This document shows positions 35,131 through 45,109 of a DNA stretch of 64,000 bases, one piece after another. Under the pieces are notes generated by a model. It made no database searches. It worked only from the letters and a program-made list of their open reading frames with translations, and had not been told where the DNA came from. The DNA comes from Verrucomicrobiales bacterium (GTDB lineage Bacteria > Verrucomicrobiota > Verrucomicrobiia > Verrucomicrobiales > Akkermansiaceae), in contig JBBRYQ010000024.1 of assembly GCA_038237425.1 (NCBI GenBank), positions 1,005 through 65,004 on the forward strand, written 5' to 3'. The position numbers were made by a program, and so were the translations under genes. Each line of letters starts with the position of its first letter. Position 1 is the first letter of the stretch.

Positions 35131-37059
35131 TCAGTTGGCCCGCCCGGTGCAGGTCCACTTTTTGAAGTCGTAGTCCAACCGGAGACCCTCGCACTGAATG
35201 AGCAAGGGGCCGCCGACTTTCTGGGTAACCCACGGGTTGCTGTAGAGAAATTCCTGGGGGAATGCCACCGGGCGACCATCGATTTTCAGTTGATCTTTAT
35301 AGGGCTCTGTATGGGGCTGCCAGCGGAATTCCATCACGTTTCCTGATAGGGTCTTGTATTTGATCGATGGGACCGGCTGGTCAATCGCGCTGGCATCGAG
35401 GTGAGTCTTAGCGATCACGGCATTGGCGAATTTGTCCAATTCTGCATCGATGCCGCCACCTGCGAAGGGCGCGAGTTCGGAGGTTTCCAAGATCCAGCCG
35501 TTCTGGCGTTGATCGCACCAGAGCATGTCATTGTTGCCCCATTTCTTTTGCCACTTGCAGGGTTTTACACTGAAGAAGCCCATCAGCATCGATCCGTTAT
35601 GACAGAACACCCAGCCGGATTTCTCGATGCGCTTGATAATGCTGCCGGTGGTGGGGAAGGGGACATAGAGCTTGTGATAGGGATAGTCGAAAACATGTTT
35701 GCCGGAGGTCACCTTTTCAGGCACGGCATAGAGTCCTAGCAGTGTGCCTTCGGATTGCATATACTGGCTGAAGCCATTTTCGCCGTAGCCGAGCTGGTTC
35801 GACCGTTTTTCTCCGAGGCTGTAAGGGCGCGCCGGATTTTCCATGCAGACGGCAAAGGTGGATGATGCCTTGTCTGATAGCCATTTGAGCATGTGGCGGC
35901 GGGATTCCTTATAGAGTCCCGAGGTCGGCGTGCCGGGGTGGTCCCACTGGCTGCATAGGCTGTAGTGTGGGGAATGATAGGTCATGCGGTGGACATCCGA
36001 GGAGCCCATGGCTGCGACGTATGATCGGGTGACGAGCGGTTTGCTCCGGTCATTGGCGATTTTTACGATGGCATCCGGAATTTTATAGGTGCCCGCCGTG
36101 GCCATCCAGAAGGAATGCGCGTAGCCCACACCGCTTGCATTGATCGGGCGGGGGGCACCGAAATAGATCCATGCTGCTGCCGCAGTGGATGCCATGCTTT
36201 CCAAGCTGGTGTCGGTGGAATACCAATACTTGGCCCGTGAGGCGCTGCCCACGTTGTAGCCTTGATTCCAAGTGCAGGCGATATCGAGGAACATGGAATC
36301 CAGCGTGAGTGTCGCGGCTTGCTTGAGTTCTTTGTCATTGGCAAATTCGGCCAGCATGCGGACGGCTGAGAGGTTGACGGCGAGATAGATGGAGGCACCA
36401 TATTCGCTGAAATTCTTGCAGGCGATGCTTTCGAAGCCGGACATGAGTCTCTGCTTGGTCGCTTGCTTGATTTGCTCTGCATTCTGGCCTGCCCGGTCCA
36501 CGATGTCCGGCCATTCTTCCGCTGCTAGAAATCCGGATGCATCCATCATGAGTTTATAGTTCCACGCGCCTTTCGCGTAGCCGGTCAATGCCTTGTGGTC
36601 ATCATACAAGGCCACATAGTCGCGGATTTTGAGGGCGGTGGATTTGGGGATTTTTCCTTTGGCGAGGAAGTAGGTGTTGACGAGAGCGGCCTTGTCGAAC
36701 GGGTCGAGCGCGGGGCCGGGTTTTTTCAAGGTGGTTTTGTCAGTCGCGGCATCATAGGCGGCTTTTTCAGCGATCCGGGCCTTGCCTTTGGCGAGTTGAT
36801 AGGAGGCGGCTGCGTTGAGTTTCTGCAACGCATATTCGGTATCCACACCGAGCACGAGCCGCGCTGCGTAGCAAGGTGCGGCGTTCTTCGGGTAGGTTTC
36901 GTCCTTCTCGGCGGGGCGGACGCTGGCCACATAGCGGACCATCGCGGCGCCCCGTTCTGCGGCGCTTGCTCCGGCGAGTTGGGACGGGGCGGTGGCGGCC
37001 TGGATGGGGAGGCAGAGTAAAAGGGAGAAGACGAGGAAATGGATGGCTGGGGCTGGCAT
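35131..37059 (-). CDS. Secreted 642-aa protein of unassigned family; stand-alone copy of the domain embedded in the 46217 and 58895 proteins
   Basis: Signal peptide MPAPAIHFLVFSLLLCLPIQA. Shares the motifs E-x5-Y...L.EFA.D.E...A...LD, GWVF, ILE and KIDG.PV...Y.NPW with the two giant proteins. Confidence 0.8.
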   Translation of the reverse strand: MPAPAIHFLVFSLLLCLPIQAATAPSQLAGASAAERGAAMVRYVASVRPAEKDETYPKNAAPCYAARLVLGVDTEYALQKLNAAASYQLAKGKARIAEKAAYDAATDKTTLKKPGPALDPFDKAALVNTYFLAKGKIPKSTALKIRDYVALYDDHKALTGYAKGAWNYKLMMDASGFLAAEEWPDIVDRAGQNAEQIKQATKQRLMSGFESIACKNFSEYGASIYLAVNLSAVRMLAEFANDKELKQAATLTLDSMFLDIACTWNQGYNVGSASRAKYWYSTDTSLESMASTAAAAWIYFGAPRPINASGVGYAHSFWMATAGTYKIPDAIVKIANDRSKPLVTRSYVAAMGSSDVHRMTYHSPHYSLCSQWDHPGTPTSGLYKESRRHMLKWLSDKASSTFAVCMENPARPYSLGEKRSNQLGYGENGFSQYMQSEGTLLGLYAVPEKVTSGKHVFDYPYHKLYVPFPTTGSIIKRIEKSGWVFCHNGSMLMGFFSVKPCKWQKKWGNNDMLWCDQRQNGWILETSELAPFAGGGIDAELDKFANAVIAKTHLDASAIDQPVPSIKYKTLSGNVMEFRWQPHTEPYKDQLKIDGRPVAFPQEFLYSNPWVTQKVGGPLLIQCEGLRLDYDFKKWTCTGRAN

Positions 37060-37134
37060 CAGGCTGGGCGATACTGGTCCCGGTGGACCTATCTTTCGGG
37101 AGCTTTCTGAAAAACAGCCTGGGTGAAGGTCTCC

Positions 37135-37150
37135 TCATTCGAAAGGATGA
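37135..37150. promoter_or_regulatory. Palindromic candidate operator, copy A
   Basis: TCATTC-GAAA-GGATGA, followed 11 nt later by TTGCCG. Lies between the divergent 37059(-) and 37233(+) genes. Confidence 0.65.
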
Positions 37151-37232
37151 GGAAGGGAAACTTGCCGACTGGCGGCGAATTGGGTGATGCTTACCACCAA
37201 AGATGCCTCGTCGGCTATTTTGTAAGAATCGT

Positions 37233-37925
37233 ATGAAAATCCATCATCGCTACTCGCCTGGACGTCTTGGTTTCACTCTCGTGGAATTGTTGGTCGTCAT
37301 CACCATCATTGTCGTGCTCGCCGCCTTGAGTGTGAGCGTTCTGTCTAATGCCAAAAGGTCGGCAAACAAGGTCCGGGCCACCAGTCAGATGCGCGAGATG
37401 GGCGTGGGAGTGGCGCTGTGGGCAGCGGAGAAGAACAATAACGAGCCGATGTATTTCCGCGATGGAAGTGGCGATTCCAGCAACGAGGCGACACCACCGC
37501 TCTCTAGCACCGGCCTGTGTGCTGGCAACCCGGCGATGTTGCTCTTCAATAAAGATAGTCCTGACGACGGCTACATTCAAAATCACGAGGTTTTCTTCTC
37601 TCCTCTCCATAAATACAAAGTGCCCGAGCGGAAAGATTACGATCCGTCCAAGGCCAGCGCCAGCAAACTCTGGGGCACCTTCATTTGGGTCTATCCCAGC
37701 GTCCCCGATGCGGATCGGACGCAACGCCAAGTCGCGGCCATGCGCAACAGTTCCTTCACCGTGGTCGGTCGGGAGGCTTACAACAATGTCCTCATGTTCG
37801 ATGACTACAGCACCGCCAAGGCGCTTTATCCCAAGCTCTATTTTGCGCTGTTCCGGGATGGTTCCGTGAGGCAGGTGGCTTTGAATGGCGATATCTGGGG
37901 TTGGTTCAAAGGCACCGCGAAGTAG
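37233..37925 (+). CDS. Prepilin-type N-terminal cleavage/methylation domain protein (PVC-type)
   Basis: MKIHHRYSPGRLG|FTLVELLVVITIIVVLAAL; C-terminal FALFRDGSV. Confidence 0.85.
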   Translation: MKIHHRYSPGRLGFTLVELLVVITIIVVLAALSVSVLSNAKRSANKVRATSQMREMGVGVALWAAEKNNNEPMYFRDGSGDSSNEATPPLSSTGLCAGNPAMLLFNKDSPDDGYIQNHEVFFSPLHKYKVPERKDYDPSKASASKLWGTFIWVYPSVPDADRTQRQVAAMRNSSFTVVGREAYNNVLMFDDYSTAKALYPKLYFALFRDGSVRQVALNGDIWGWFKGTAK

Positions 37926-37944
37926 CAGCCGTTAGCGGCACCTT

Positions 37945-37960
37945 TCATCCGAAAGGATGA
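37945..37960. promoter_or_regulatory. Palindromic candidate operator, copy B (perfect)
   Basis: TCATCC-GAAA-GGATGA, followed 11 nt later by TTGCAT; upstream of the PEP-CTERM gene. Confidence 0.7.
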
Positions 37961-38049
37961 GAGCGACTCGCTTGCATCCTCAGCGCTACCTTTGCAAACA
38001 TACCCACTGAATTTCGTCTTTAGTCCTACCAGAAACTCCCCAAAAACCT

Positions 38050-40620
38050 ATGAAACTCCGCATCAATCCATTCCTCTGTAGCGCTATCAGTCTCTTGTTT
38101 GTTGTGTCATCTCACGCCGCCAGCTTCTCATGGGATGGCACCAGCACGGGGACAGGCGCTCAAGGCGGTGTAGGAACCTGGGATTCCAACACCACCGCCA
38201 ACTGGTGGAACGGCACCACCAATGTGGTATGGCCAGCCTCCGGCACGGATAATGATGCGGTCTTCGGTGCTACTGCTGGCGCAGTTGCCGTCTCCGGAAC
38301 CGTGACAGTTAACGACATGTCCATTGCGACAGGCTACACCATTGGTGCGGACAACACGATAGGCAAGATCATCCTCAATGGCACCACTCCGACCATTACG
38401 ACTACAGGCTCAGGCGGCACTGCGAACATCGGTGCAATTATTGACGGCTCCGCAGGTCTCACCACAACGGGACCAGTCACCGTCCAACTTCGGGGGGCGA
38501 ACATCTACACCGGTGATACCCGGGTGTTGAATGGCACACTTTTAATCGGCCTCGGCAACAACCGATTGCCCACCGGGACGACGCTTATTCTGGGAGATAG
38601 CGTGGCAAACACCAGTGGCGTGTTTCAGATGAACTCACGCAGCCAGCAAGTGGCCGGCTTGCAATCTGTTGGCAGCGGCACAGGCAATCGCGTCATCAAT
38701 GGCAACGTTACCGCCAGCACCTTCACCGTCAGCAACACCACGGACCAGACATTCGGCGGAATTCTTGGTGGCACCGGGAGCAATCATAACAACTTCCTCC
38801 TGACAAAATCTGGCGCTGCAAATTTGGTTCTCACCAATACAAACACTTACACAGGTGCTACTTCGGTCTCCGTTGGCACGCTGACTTTGGCGAAGAATAA
38901 CACGCTCAGCCAATACACCAATGTCTCCATTTCCGCTGCCGCGACTCTTGCGTTGCGCACGGGTGATGGCACCACTGGATGGAGTGAGGCGCAAATTGAT
39001 ACGCTCCGTGGCACCTCTGGATTTTCCCTCGCGGCGGGATCGTTTTTGGGATTTGACACATCCACCAACGGGGATTTCACCTACAGCACAAGCATCAGCG
39101 GCAGTCCCACCTATGGATTGAGCAAGCTTGGGGCAGGCACACTTACAATTTCCGGCACAAACACCTACACGGGCACCACGGCTATCAAGAACGGGAGCCT
39201 CGCACTGACCGGCGGTAATGACCGCCTACTGACTACAGGTTCAGTCGTGCTCGGAGATGTGTCCACTGCTGGAAAGCTCATCCTTGGTGATGCGACTACC
39301 GCGAGAGACCAAACCCTTGCGGGCCTCACCGTCACTGGCACGGGTGGCAGCGTGGTGGGCGCGGCGGTCGCGAATTCAGTTCTCACCCTGAACAATGCCA
39401 GTGGCACCAATACATTCGCCGGCAAATTGGGGGGAACCGGGCTGAACGAAAATAAACTCGCCTTAACCAAGGACGGAGCAGGCACGCTCGCGCTCTCCGG
39501 CGACAACTCATTCACGGGGGATGTCACGGTGAGCGCTGGTAGGCTCGCGATTTCCCACTCCAACGCCCTCGGCACCGGCACGAAAAACTTCTTCATGCAA
39601 GGAGGGAGCCGGGTGTTCGAGATTTCCAATAACATCACGCTCGGCAGCAACATCACATTGAATGCTTCCACCAACTCCGGTGATGGCTTAGGTATTGTGA
39701 GCAGCAGCGGCACCAATGAAATTCAGGGACAAATCAACATCACGACTGGAAACGGAGTTCTTAACGTTTCCAGCACTGCCGGTACTCTGACATTGTCTGG
39801 AAATGTCACAGCGACCACGACCGGGAGAGCTTTGATCCTCGGCGGTGCATCAGCGAATGCCAACACCGTCAGCGGGATCATCAGCAATGGCGGCACACCC
39901 AACATGCCCGTCACCAAGCAGGGCGCTGGTAAGTGGGTGCTCTCCAAAGCAAACACTTACAGCGGCGACACCACCATCACAGGAGGCACACTTGCTCTCA
40001 GTGGCAGCGGCTCCATCGCTAACAGCGCGAATATCGCCGTCGCTTCGGGTGCCACTTTCGATGTGAGCACGGTCACGAGCGGCAATTGGTCCTTGGGATC
40101 CACTCAGAAACTCACCGGCAGCGGCGGGCTGACGGGGGCCACCACCATCAGTGGCACCCACAATGCGGGGGATGCCGCTACGAATGCGGGCGTTGGCTCA
40201 CAAGCATTTTCTAGCAGCCTGTCCTATGCGAATGGGTCCATTTTCGAATGGGATCTGAATGCGAGTTCCACGAGCAGCGGTTTCGACACGGTGTCCGCAG
40301 TCGGCGCAATTGGCGTGGGCACCACGAGCACTGTATTCAAGGTCCTCTTCGGCGCCACCGCCCTTGCCGACGTGCAGAACAGCGGGAATACCTTCTGGAA
40401 CACGCCCTTTGTTACCCGTGTCTGGAATATGAGCGATGTCTTTGGTAAAGCGTTTACCTCAGGTGCCTTCCAAAGTGTAGCGACCAGCTCCGATGTTTCC
40501 ACCTACGGCTCTTTCACCATCACCAGCAGCACCCTCACCTGGACCGCCGTGCCCGAGCCCACCAGTGCCTTGGCCGGTCTTCTAATCACCGCTGGCCTGC
40601 TGCGCCGGCGCCGGGCTTGA
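38050..40620 (+). CDS. PEP-CTERM surface protein with autotransporter-associated beta-strand repeats
   Basis: Repeats LTKSGAANLVLTNTNTYTGAT, LSKLGAGTLTISGTNTYTGTT, LTKDGAGTLALSGDNSFTG and VTKQGAGKWVLSKANTYSGDT. C-terminus is AVPEPTSALAGLLITAGLLRRRRA. Confidence 0.92.
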   Translation: MKLRINPFLCSAISLLFVVSSHAASFSWDGTSTGTGAQGGVGTWDSNTTANWWNGTTNVVWPASGTDNDAVFGATAGAVAVSGTVTVNDMSIATGYTIGADNTIGKIILNGTTPTITTTGSGGTANIGAIIDGSAGLTTTGPVTVQLRGANIYTGDTRVLNGTLLIGLGNNRLPTGTTLILGDSVANTSGVFQMNSRSQQVAGLQSVGSGTGNRVINGNVTASTFTVSNTTDQTFGGILGGTGSNHNNFLLTKSGAANLVLTNTNTYTGATSVSVGTLTLAKNNTLSQYTNVSISAAATLALRTGDGTTGWSEAQIDTLRGTSGFSLAAGSFLGFDTSTNGDFTYSTSISGSPTYGLSKLGAGTLTISGTNTYTGTTAIKNGSLALTGGNDRLLTTGSVVLGDVSTAGKLILGDATTARDQTLAGLTVTGTGGSVVGAAVANSVLTLNNASGTNTFAGKLGGTGLNENKLALTKDGAGTLALSGDNSFTGDVTVSAGRLAISHSNALGTGTKNFFMQGGSRVFEISNNITLGSNITLNASTNSGDGLGIVSSSGTNEIQGQINITTGNGVLNVSSTAGTLTLSGNVTATTTGRALILGGASANANTVSGIISNGGTPNMPVTKQGAGKWVLSKANTYSGDTTITGGTLALSGSGSIANSANIAVASGATFDVSTVTSGNWSLGSTQKLTGSGGLTGATTISGTHNAGDAATNAGVGSQAFSSSLSYANGSIFEWDLNASSTSSGFDTVSAVGAIGVGTTSTVFKVLFGATALADVQNSGNTFWNTPFVTRVWNMSDVFGKAFTSGAFQSVATSSDVSTYGSFTITSSTLTWTAVPEPTSALAGLLITAGLLRRRRA

Positions 40621-40694
40621 GAATCCAGGGACCCGATGCCGCAGAGATGCGGTGAGCGCAGAACTATTACGCAATCAACATTCATTTCCACCAC

Positions 40695-40757
40695 TTTGCC
40701 TCTGGAGGGAGGCAAACCCCAAGGCGGAGTCTGGTATTGGGTTTCCAGACTCCGTCT
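40695..40757 (+). other. Conserved two-hairpin intergenic element, copy 2
   Basis: TTTGCCTC-TGGAGG-GAGGCAAA (40695-40716), then AGGCGGAGTCTGG-TATTGGGTTT-CCAGACTCCGTCT (40722-40757). Confidence 0.65.
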
Positions 40758-40868
40758 GTGATGGGGGACGGGGAAGGGGTATTTGATCGGTCAGTTTGGG
40801 TTTTCTTTTACCTGCATGGGTCTTGAAGTCCTCGACTCTGCGTGGGTTCGTGCTACTCCTTATTCCAC

Positions 40869-42917
40869 ATGGCTTTTGTCCGCGCCATTCTTGGTTGTTT
40901 CCTGCTGATGTCTGCCGTTTCCGCCGCCGCGCCGTTGACTCGGCTGGCGGATATCAGGGCTTTGTCTGCGGAGGAGGCTGCCAAGGGGATTCCCGTGCGG
41001 GTCGAGGGGACAGTGGTGGCGATCGAGCCGAGTACCCGCTATCAATTTTTCCTGAATGATGGGACAACCGGTTGTTTCATCCGGCCGGTCGAAGGGGGAA
41101 GTCCGGCGGGTCTGTCGCCCGGCGATCAAGTGCGGGTAGAGGGCGTGACCGATCCACTCGGTTATTATCCCAGCGTGAGGAAAGCCCGCGTGAAGGTTTT
41201 GGGAAAACAGAGTTTGCCCACTCCGATCAAACCCGGTGCAGGTCAGATCTTCGCGCCGGAACTCGATTCGCAATGGGTGGAGGTGCCGGCGGTGATTACC
41301 GGATGTGACGTAGGTGATGATCGTGTGACGCTGGCACTGGAAATTTTCGGACTACCGTTCAAGGCAGAGCTACCACTCACTCCGGATGCGGAGGATCGTG
41401 CCGCCGCACTGATGCAGCGGCCGGTCTCGTTGTGCGGCGTGATGGGCACCATTTTCAACCGCCAGCGGCAGATGACCGACCGCCACTTTTTCGTTTCTTC
41501 CTTCGATGCGATCACGCCCACCGGTCCCTTGGCGGATGGCGAGGCCAGCCCACTAGTCAATGTGGACCGCTTGCTCAGCGGTGGATTCGGCCCGGCCACG
41601 ATGGTGCGCGTGCAGGGGGTGGTCACCCAGCAGGATGCGAAGGGATTCTATCTGCGGGACGGGAGCGGCAGCACTTTGATCCAAGCGGCTAAAGTGGTAA
41701 ATTTCCCGTGCGGAAGTCATGTCGAGGTAGAGGGCTATGCTGCGGTGGCTCCTTTCAGGCCGGTATTGCGCGCGACTCATGTGAAGAGCATGGGTCCAGC
41801 AGTGGCGGTGCTCCCCGCGCCCTTCGATTTTCAAAAAAACGATCCCCAAAATACCGATCTCGCCGCGCTGCAATCCGAATGGGTCACGCTGGATGCCGAG
41901 TTCCTCGGTCGCAGGGATGGCCCGGGGGACGCGATCCTGCAATTCCGCGGTGCCGGCCAGTTTTTCGAAGCTTTCCAGCCCCATACTACCGGTGAAATGC
42001 GTCCTGCTCTGGCCGTCGGCGACCGCGTGCGCCTCACCGGAATCTGCGAACTCACCACCACCCACGCCTTGCCGCGGATGGGCTGGGTCGATGGTTTCCG
42101 GATTCACCTGCCCGGCGTCGGCGGCTTGGAAATCCTCAGTCGCGCGCCGTGGTGGAATTCCCGGCGGTTGTTCATTGCCCTTGGACTGGCCAGCATGGTG
42201 GCTCTCTCTGGCCTGATCTGGACATGGGTGCTCCGTCGCCGCGTCAAGAGCCAGATGGCTGTCATCAGCGAGAATCTCCGCACCGAAGCAGTCGGCGAAG
42301 AACGCGACCGGATGGCCCGCGAACTCCACGATACTCTTGAGCAACAACTTCTGGGTGTGGCTCTTCAGTTAGATCGCATCGAGTCTGCTGTGCAAGAAAC
42401 TCCGGCTGCTGGCATCTTGTCGCTGGCCCGCCGGATGTTGCGGTTTACCCGCTTGGAGGCCCGCCGCTCGGTCTGGGATTTGCGCTCGAGGGTGCTGGAA
42501 GCGCACGGCCTCGCCACTGCCCTTCAGGGTCTCGCTGACTCCAAGGTGGAGGATGCTCCTGGGCCCGCGATCCAGGTCCAGGTGAGCGGAAACGAACACC
42601 CGCTCCCCACCGGCGTGGATTTCCACCTGCTGCGCATCGCCCAGGAAGCCATCACCAATGCCACCAAACACGGCGATGCCCGCCACGTCACCCTGGAACT
42701 CGACTATCTTCCCGAAGAGACCCGCCTCACGATCCGCGACGATGGCCATGGCTTCGATCCCGCTGCGGCGACCTCTCCGGGACCCCACTTCGGATTGCTT
42801 GGCATGCGCGAGCGGGCTGCCAAGATCGGGGCCACATTGGTCATTCACTCCGCCCCCGGCAAAGGATGCTCCATCATCGCCAATGTTCCCACCGTATCCA
42901 ACTCTCACTCCTCATGA
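40869..42917 (+). CDS. Membrane sensor histidine kinase (HisKA_3), same architecture as 1606-3792
   Basis: Signal peptide MAFVRAILGCFLLMSAVSAAA, OB-fold-like repeats, TM helix LFIALGLASMVALSGLIWTWVL, RMARELHDTLEQ, EAITNATKHG, DDGHGF, HFGLLGMRER. Confidence 0.9.
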   Translation: MAFVRAILGCFLLMSAVSAAAPLTRLADIRALSAEEAAKGIPVRVEGTVVAIEPSTRYQFFLNDGTTGCFIRPVEGGSPAGLSPGDQVRVEGVTDPLGYYPSVRKARVKVLGKQSLPTPIKPGAGQIFAPELDSQWVEVPAVITGCDVGDDRVTLALEIFGLPFKAELPLTPDAEDRAAALMQRPVSLCGVMGTIFNRQRQMTDRHFFVSSFDAITPTGPLADGEASPLVNVDRLLSGGFGPATMVRVQGVVTQQDAKGFYLRDGSGSTLIQAAKVVNFPCGSHVEVEGYAAVAPFRPVLRATHVKSMGPAVAVLPAPFDFQKNDPQNTDLAALQSEWVTLDAEFLGRRDGPGDAILQFRGAGQFFEAFQPHTTGEMRPALAVGDRVRLTGICELTTTHALPRMGWVDGFRIHLPGVGGLEILSRAPWWNSRRLFIALGLASMVALSGLIWTWVLRRRVKSQMAVISENLRTEAVGEERDRMARELHDTLEQQLLGVALQLDRIESAVQETPAAGILSLARRMLRFTRLEARRSVWDLRSRVLEAHGLATALQGLADSKVEDAPGPAIQVQVSGNEHPLPTGVDFHLLRIAQEAITNATKHGDARHVTLELDYLPEETRLTIRDDGHGFDPAAATSPGPHFGLLGMRERAAKIGATLVIHSAPGKGCSIIANVPTVSNSHSS

Positions 42918-43540
42918 AGTCAAAACCCATTCGCATCCTGGTCGTGGACGATCATTTCCTGCTCCGCATCGGCTTGGTCGGTGCCATTTCCGATGAGTCT
43001 GATATGGAGGTGGTCGGCGAGGCTTCAAACGGTCAGGAGGCGGTCGATAGTTTTGAATCCCTCCACCCTGATATCACTCTCATGGATGGCATGCTCCCGG
43101 ATATCCATGGCGTGGAGGCTTGCCAACAGATTTTGGAAAAACACCCGGATGCGCGCATTATCCTGATTTCTATCAATGACACTGCCGAGGATGTTCACCG
43201 TGCCTTGGACGCCGGTGTCTGGGGATACATTCCGAAGTCCTGCGAGAAAAATGCGATCCTGCATGCCATTCGGAGCGTCGCTTCAGGGGAGCGTTTCTTA
43301 CCACCCGACCTCGCGGAAAAGCTCGAAGAGCGTGACACGCATGCGCTCCTCACCAGCCGCGAGTTAGATGTCTTGCGTCTCGTCGCTAAAGGACTTGCTA
43401 ACAAACAAATCGCCGCCGAACTCGCGGTGGGAGAGCCTACCGTAAAGAGCCACGTCGCTCATATTCTTGATAAACTCGAAGTCCCGGACCGCACCCGCGC
43501 GGTGACCCTCGCCATGGAGCGCGGTTTGTTGCGCAATTGA
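42914..43540 (+). CDS. NarL/LuxR-family response regulator
   Basis: ATG 42914 overlaps the kinase stop; motifs ILVVDDH, ITLMDGMLP, LTSRELDVL...ANKQIA...TVKSHV. Confidence 0.93.
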   Translation: MKSKPIRILVVDDHFLLRIGLVGAISDESDMEVVGEASNGQEAVDSFESLHPDITLMDGMLPDIHGVEACQQILEKHPDARIILISINDTAEDVHRALDAGVWGYIPKSCEKNAILHAIRSVASGERFLPPDLAEKLEERDTHALLTSRELDVLRLVAKGLANKQIAAELAVGEPTVKSHVAHILDKLEVPDRTRAVTLAMERGLLRN

Positions 43541-43555
43541 TCTTCTCTAACGATA

Positions 43556-45109
43556 ATGGAATCCACCCACCGATCGATCAACCTCACGGGTTTCGCCCGC
43601 ATTGGCAGCCTCATCATGGCGCTTGCCGTGCTCGCCACCCATCCCCTGCAGGCTGCCACATTCGACATCCGGCGCTTCGGTGCGATTGGCGATGGCAAGA
43701 CGCCGGACACTGCTGCCATCCAGAAGGCCATCGATGCAGCGGCAGCCGCCAAGGGCGGGCAGGTGATTTTTCCTCCTGGAACCTATCTCAGCGGATCCCT
43801 GCGACTCAAAAGCCGGGTGCATCTCTATCTGGAAAAGGGCGCGACACTGCTTGGCAGCAGCAACCGTGCGGACTACCAGCGGCTCAACTTCCTGGCACTC
43901 GTGTTGGCAGACAAGCAGGAGGACATCGGCATTTCCGGCAAGGGCGTGATCGATGGAAATGGCAAGCTCCTCGCCGACGGCGTCGTGGGAACCATCAAAC
44001 CGGGGAAATTTCCCGATGCTAACGAAGCCGCGCGGCCCGCCATCATCAACTTTCGCAACTGCAGCAATATCACTGTCCGCGATATCACACTCCGTGAGAG
44101 CGCCTGCTGGGTCCAGCTCTACCGCGACTGCGACCGTGTCCTGTTGGAAAATCTAACTGTCCGCACTATGGCCGCCATCACCAATGACGGCATCGACATC
44201 GACGGCTGCTCGAATGTCATCGTCCGTGGCTGTGACATCGACTCTGAAGACGACGGGATCTGCCTCAAGTCCGGTGGCAGGATCTGCGAGAAAGTTCTGA
44301 TAGAAAACTGCCGGGTGCGCTCCAGCTGCAATGCCCTCAAGTTCGGCACCGCCTCGTTCAAGGGATTCAAAAACATCACCGTCCGAAATCTCGAAATTTA
44401 CGATACCTATCTCTCAGGCATCGCTCTGGAGTGTGTGGACGGCGGCATCCTGGAAAACGTGAATATCTCCAAGGTCCGAATGACCGATACCAACAACCCT
44501 ATTTTCATCCGGCTCGGGCGGCGCGTGCCGGAAGCACCTCCCGGTTCGGTCCGCGGCGTGACCATCAGCGACGTCATCGCGGAGATTCCCAATCGTCCAC
44601 GCGAGGAAATGAACAAATTCCCACCCTACTGGCGCCATCAATGCACCACCTTGATCACCGCATCGATCACCGGCTTGCCAGGAAATCCCGTCCGCGACGT
44701 GACGCTGAGAAATATATCAATCCTCTACGGCGGCATCGGCACCACGCCGAAGCCGGACCATCACCGCATCGATCGTCTCGACCAAGTGCCGGAATGTGCG
44801 GAGAACTATCCGGAGTCCAAGATGTTCGGCATACTGCCCGCTTGGGGATTGTATTGCCGCCATGCCGATGGCATCAAGTTGGAGAACGTCACGCTCCGGG
44901 TGAAGGGCCAGGATTATCGCCCTGCACTCGTTTGTGATGATGTGCGCAATCTCGACTTGAATGGCTTCCGCGTCCAGTCTGCTGGCGCGGAGCCGGTCAT
45001 CGTGCTCAAGGATGTGACGGGAGCGCTCATTCGCCACAGCCCGCCACCGTCAGCCGCTGGCAGTTTCATCAAAACCATGGGGAAAACGACGGATGTGAAA
45101 GCGCCTTAA
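43556..45109 (+). CDS. Secreted GH28-like beta-helix glycoside hydrolase
   Basis: Motifs FGAIGDGKTPDTAAIQKAID, PPGTYLSGSLRLKS, TNDGIDID, SEDDGICLK and NALKFGT. Confidence 0.85.
   Translation: MESTHRSINLTGFARIGSLIMALAVLATHPLQAATFDIRRFGAIGDGKTPDTAAIQKAIDAAAAAKGGQVIFPPGTYLSGSLRLKSRVHLYLEKGATLLGSSNRADYQRLNFLALVLADKQEDIGISGKGVIDGNGKLLADGVVGTIKPGKFPDANEAARPAIINFRNCSNITVRDITLRESACWVQLYRDCDRVLLENLTVRTMAAITNDGIDIDGCSNVIVRGCDIDSEDDGICLKSGGRICEKVLIENCRVRSSCNALKFGTASFKGFKNITVRNLEIYDTYLSGIALECVDGGILENVNISKVRMTDTNNPIFIRLGRRVPEAPPGSVRGVTISDVIAEIPNRPREEMNKFPPYWRHQCTTLITASITGLPGNPVRDVTLRNISILYGGIGTTPKPDHHRIDRLDQVPECAENYPESKMFGILPAWGLYCRHADGIKLENVTLRVKGQDYRPALVCDDVRNLDLNGFRVQSAGAEPVIVLKDVTGALIRHSPPPSAAGSFIKTMGKTTDVKAP

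Noticed and set aside
37945-37960. Intrinsic terminator or GNRA-tetraloop RNA hairpin reading of TCATCC-GAAA-GGATGA
   Set aside because: There is no U-tract, copies C and D lose pairing while keeping the right half-site, and spacing to the TTG box is fixed. This fits a DNA-binding site better, though an RNA role for copies A and B is not excluded.
45106-45109. Overlapping TTAA stop codons of the convergent GH28 and GH43-like genes
   Set aside because: This is an ordinary compact convergent arrangement.
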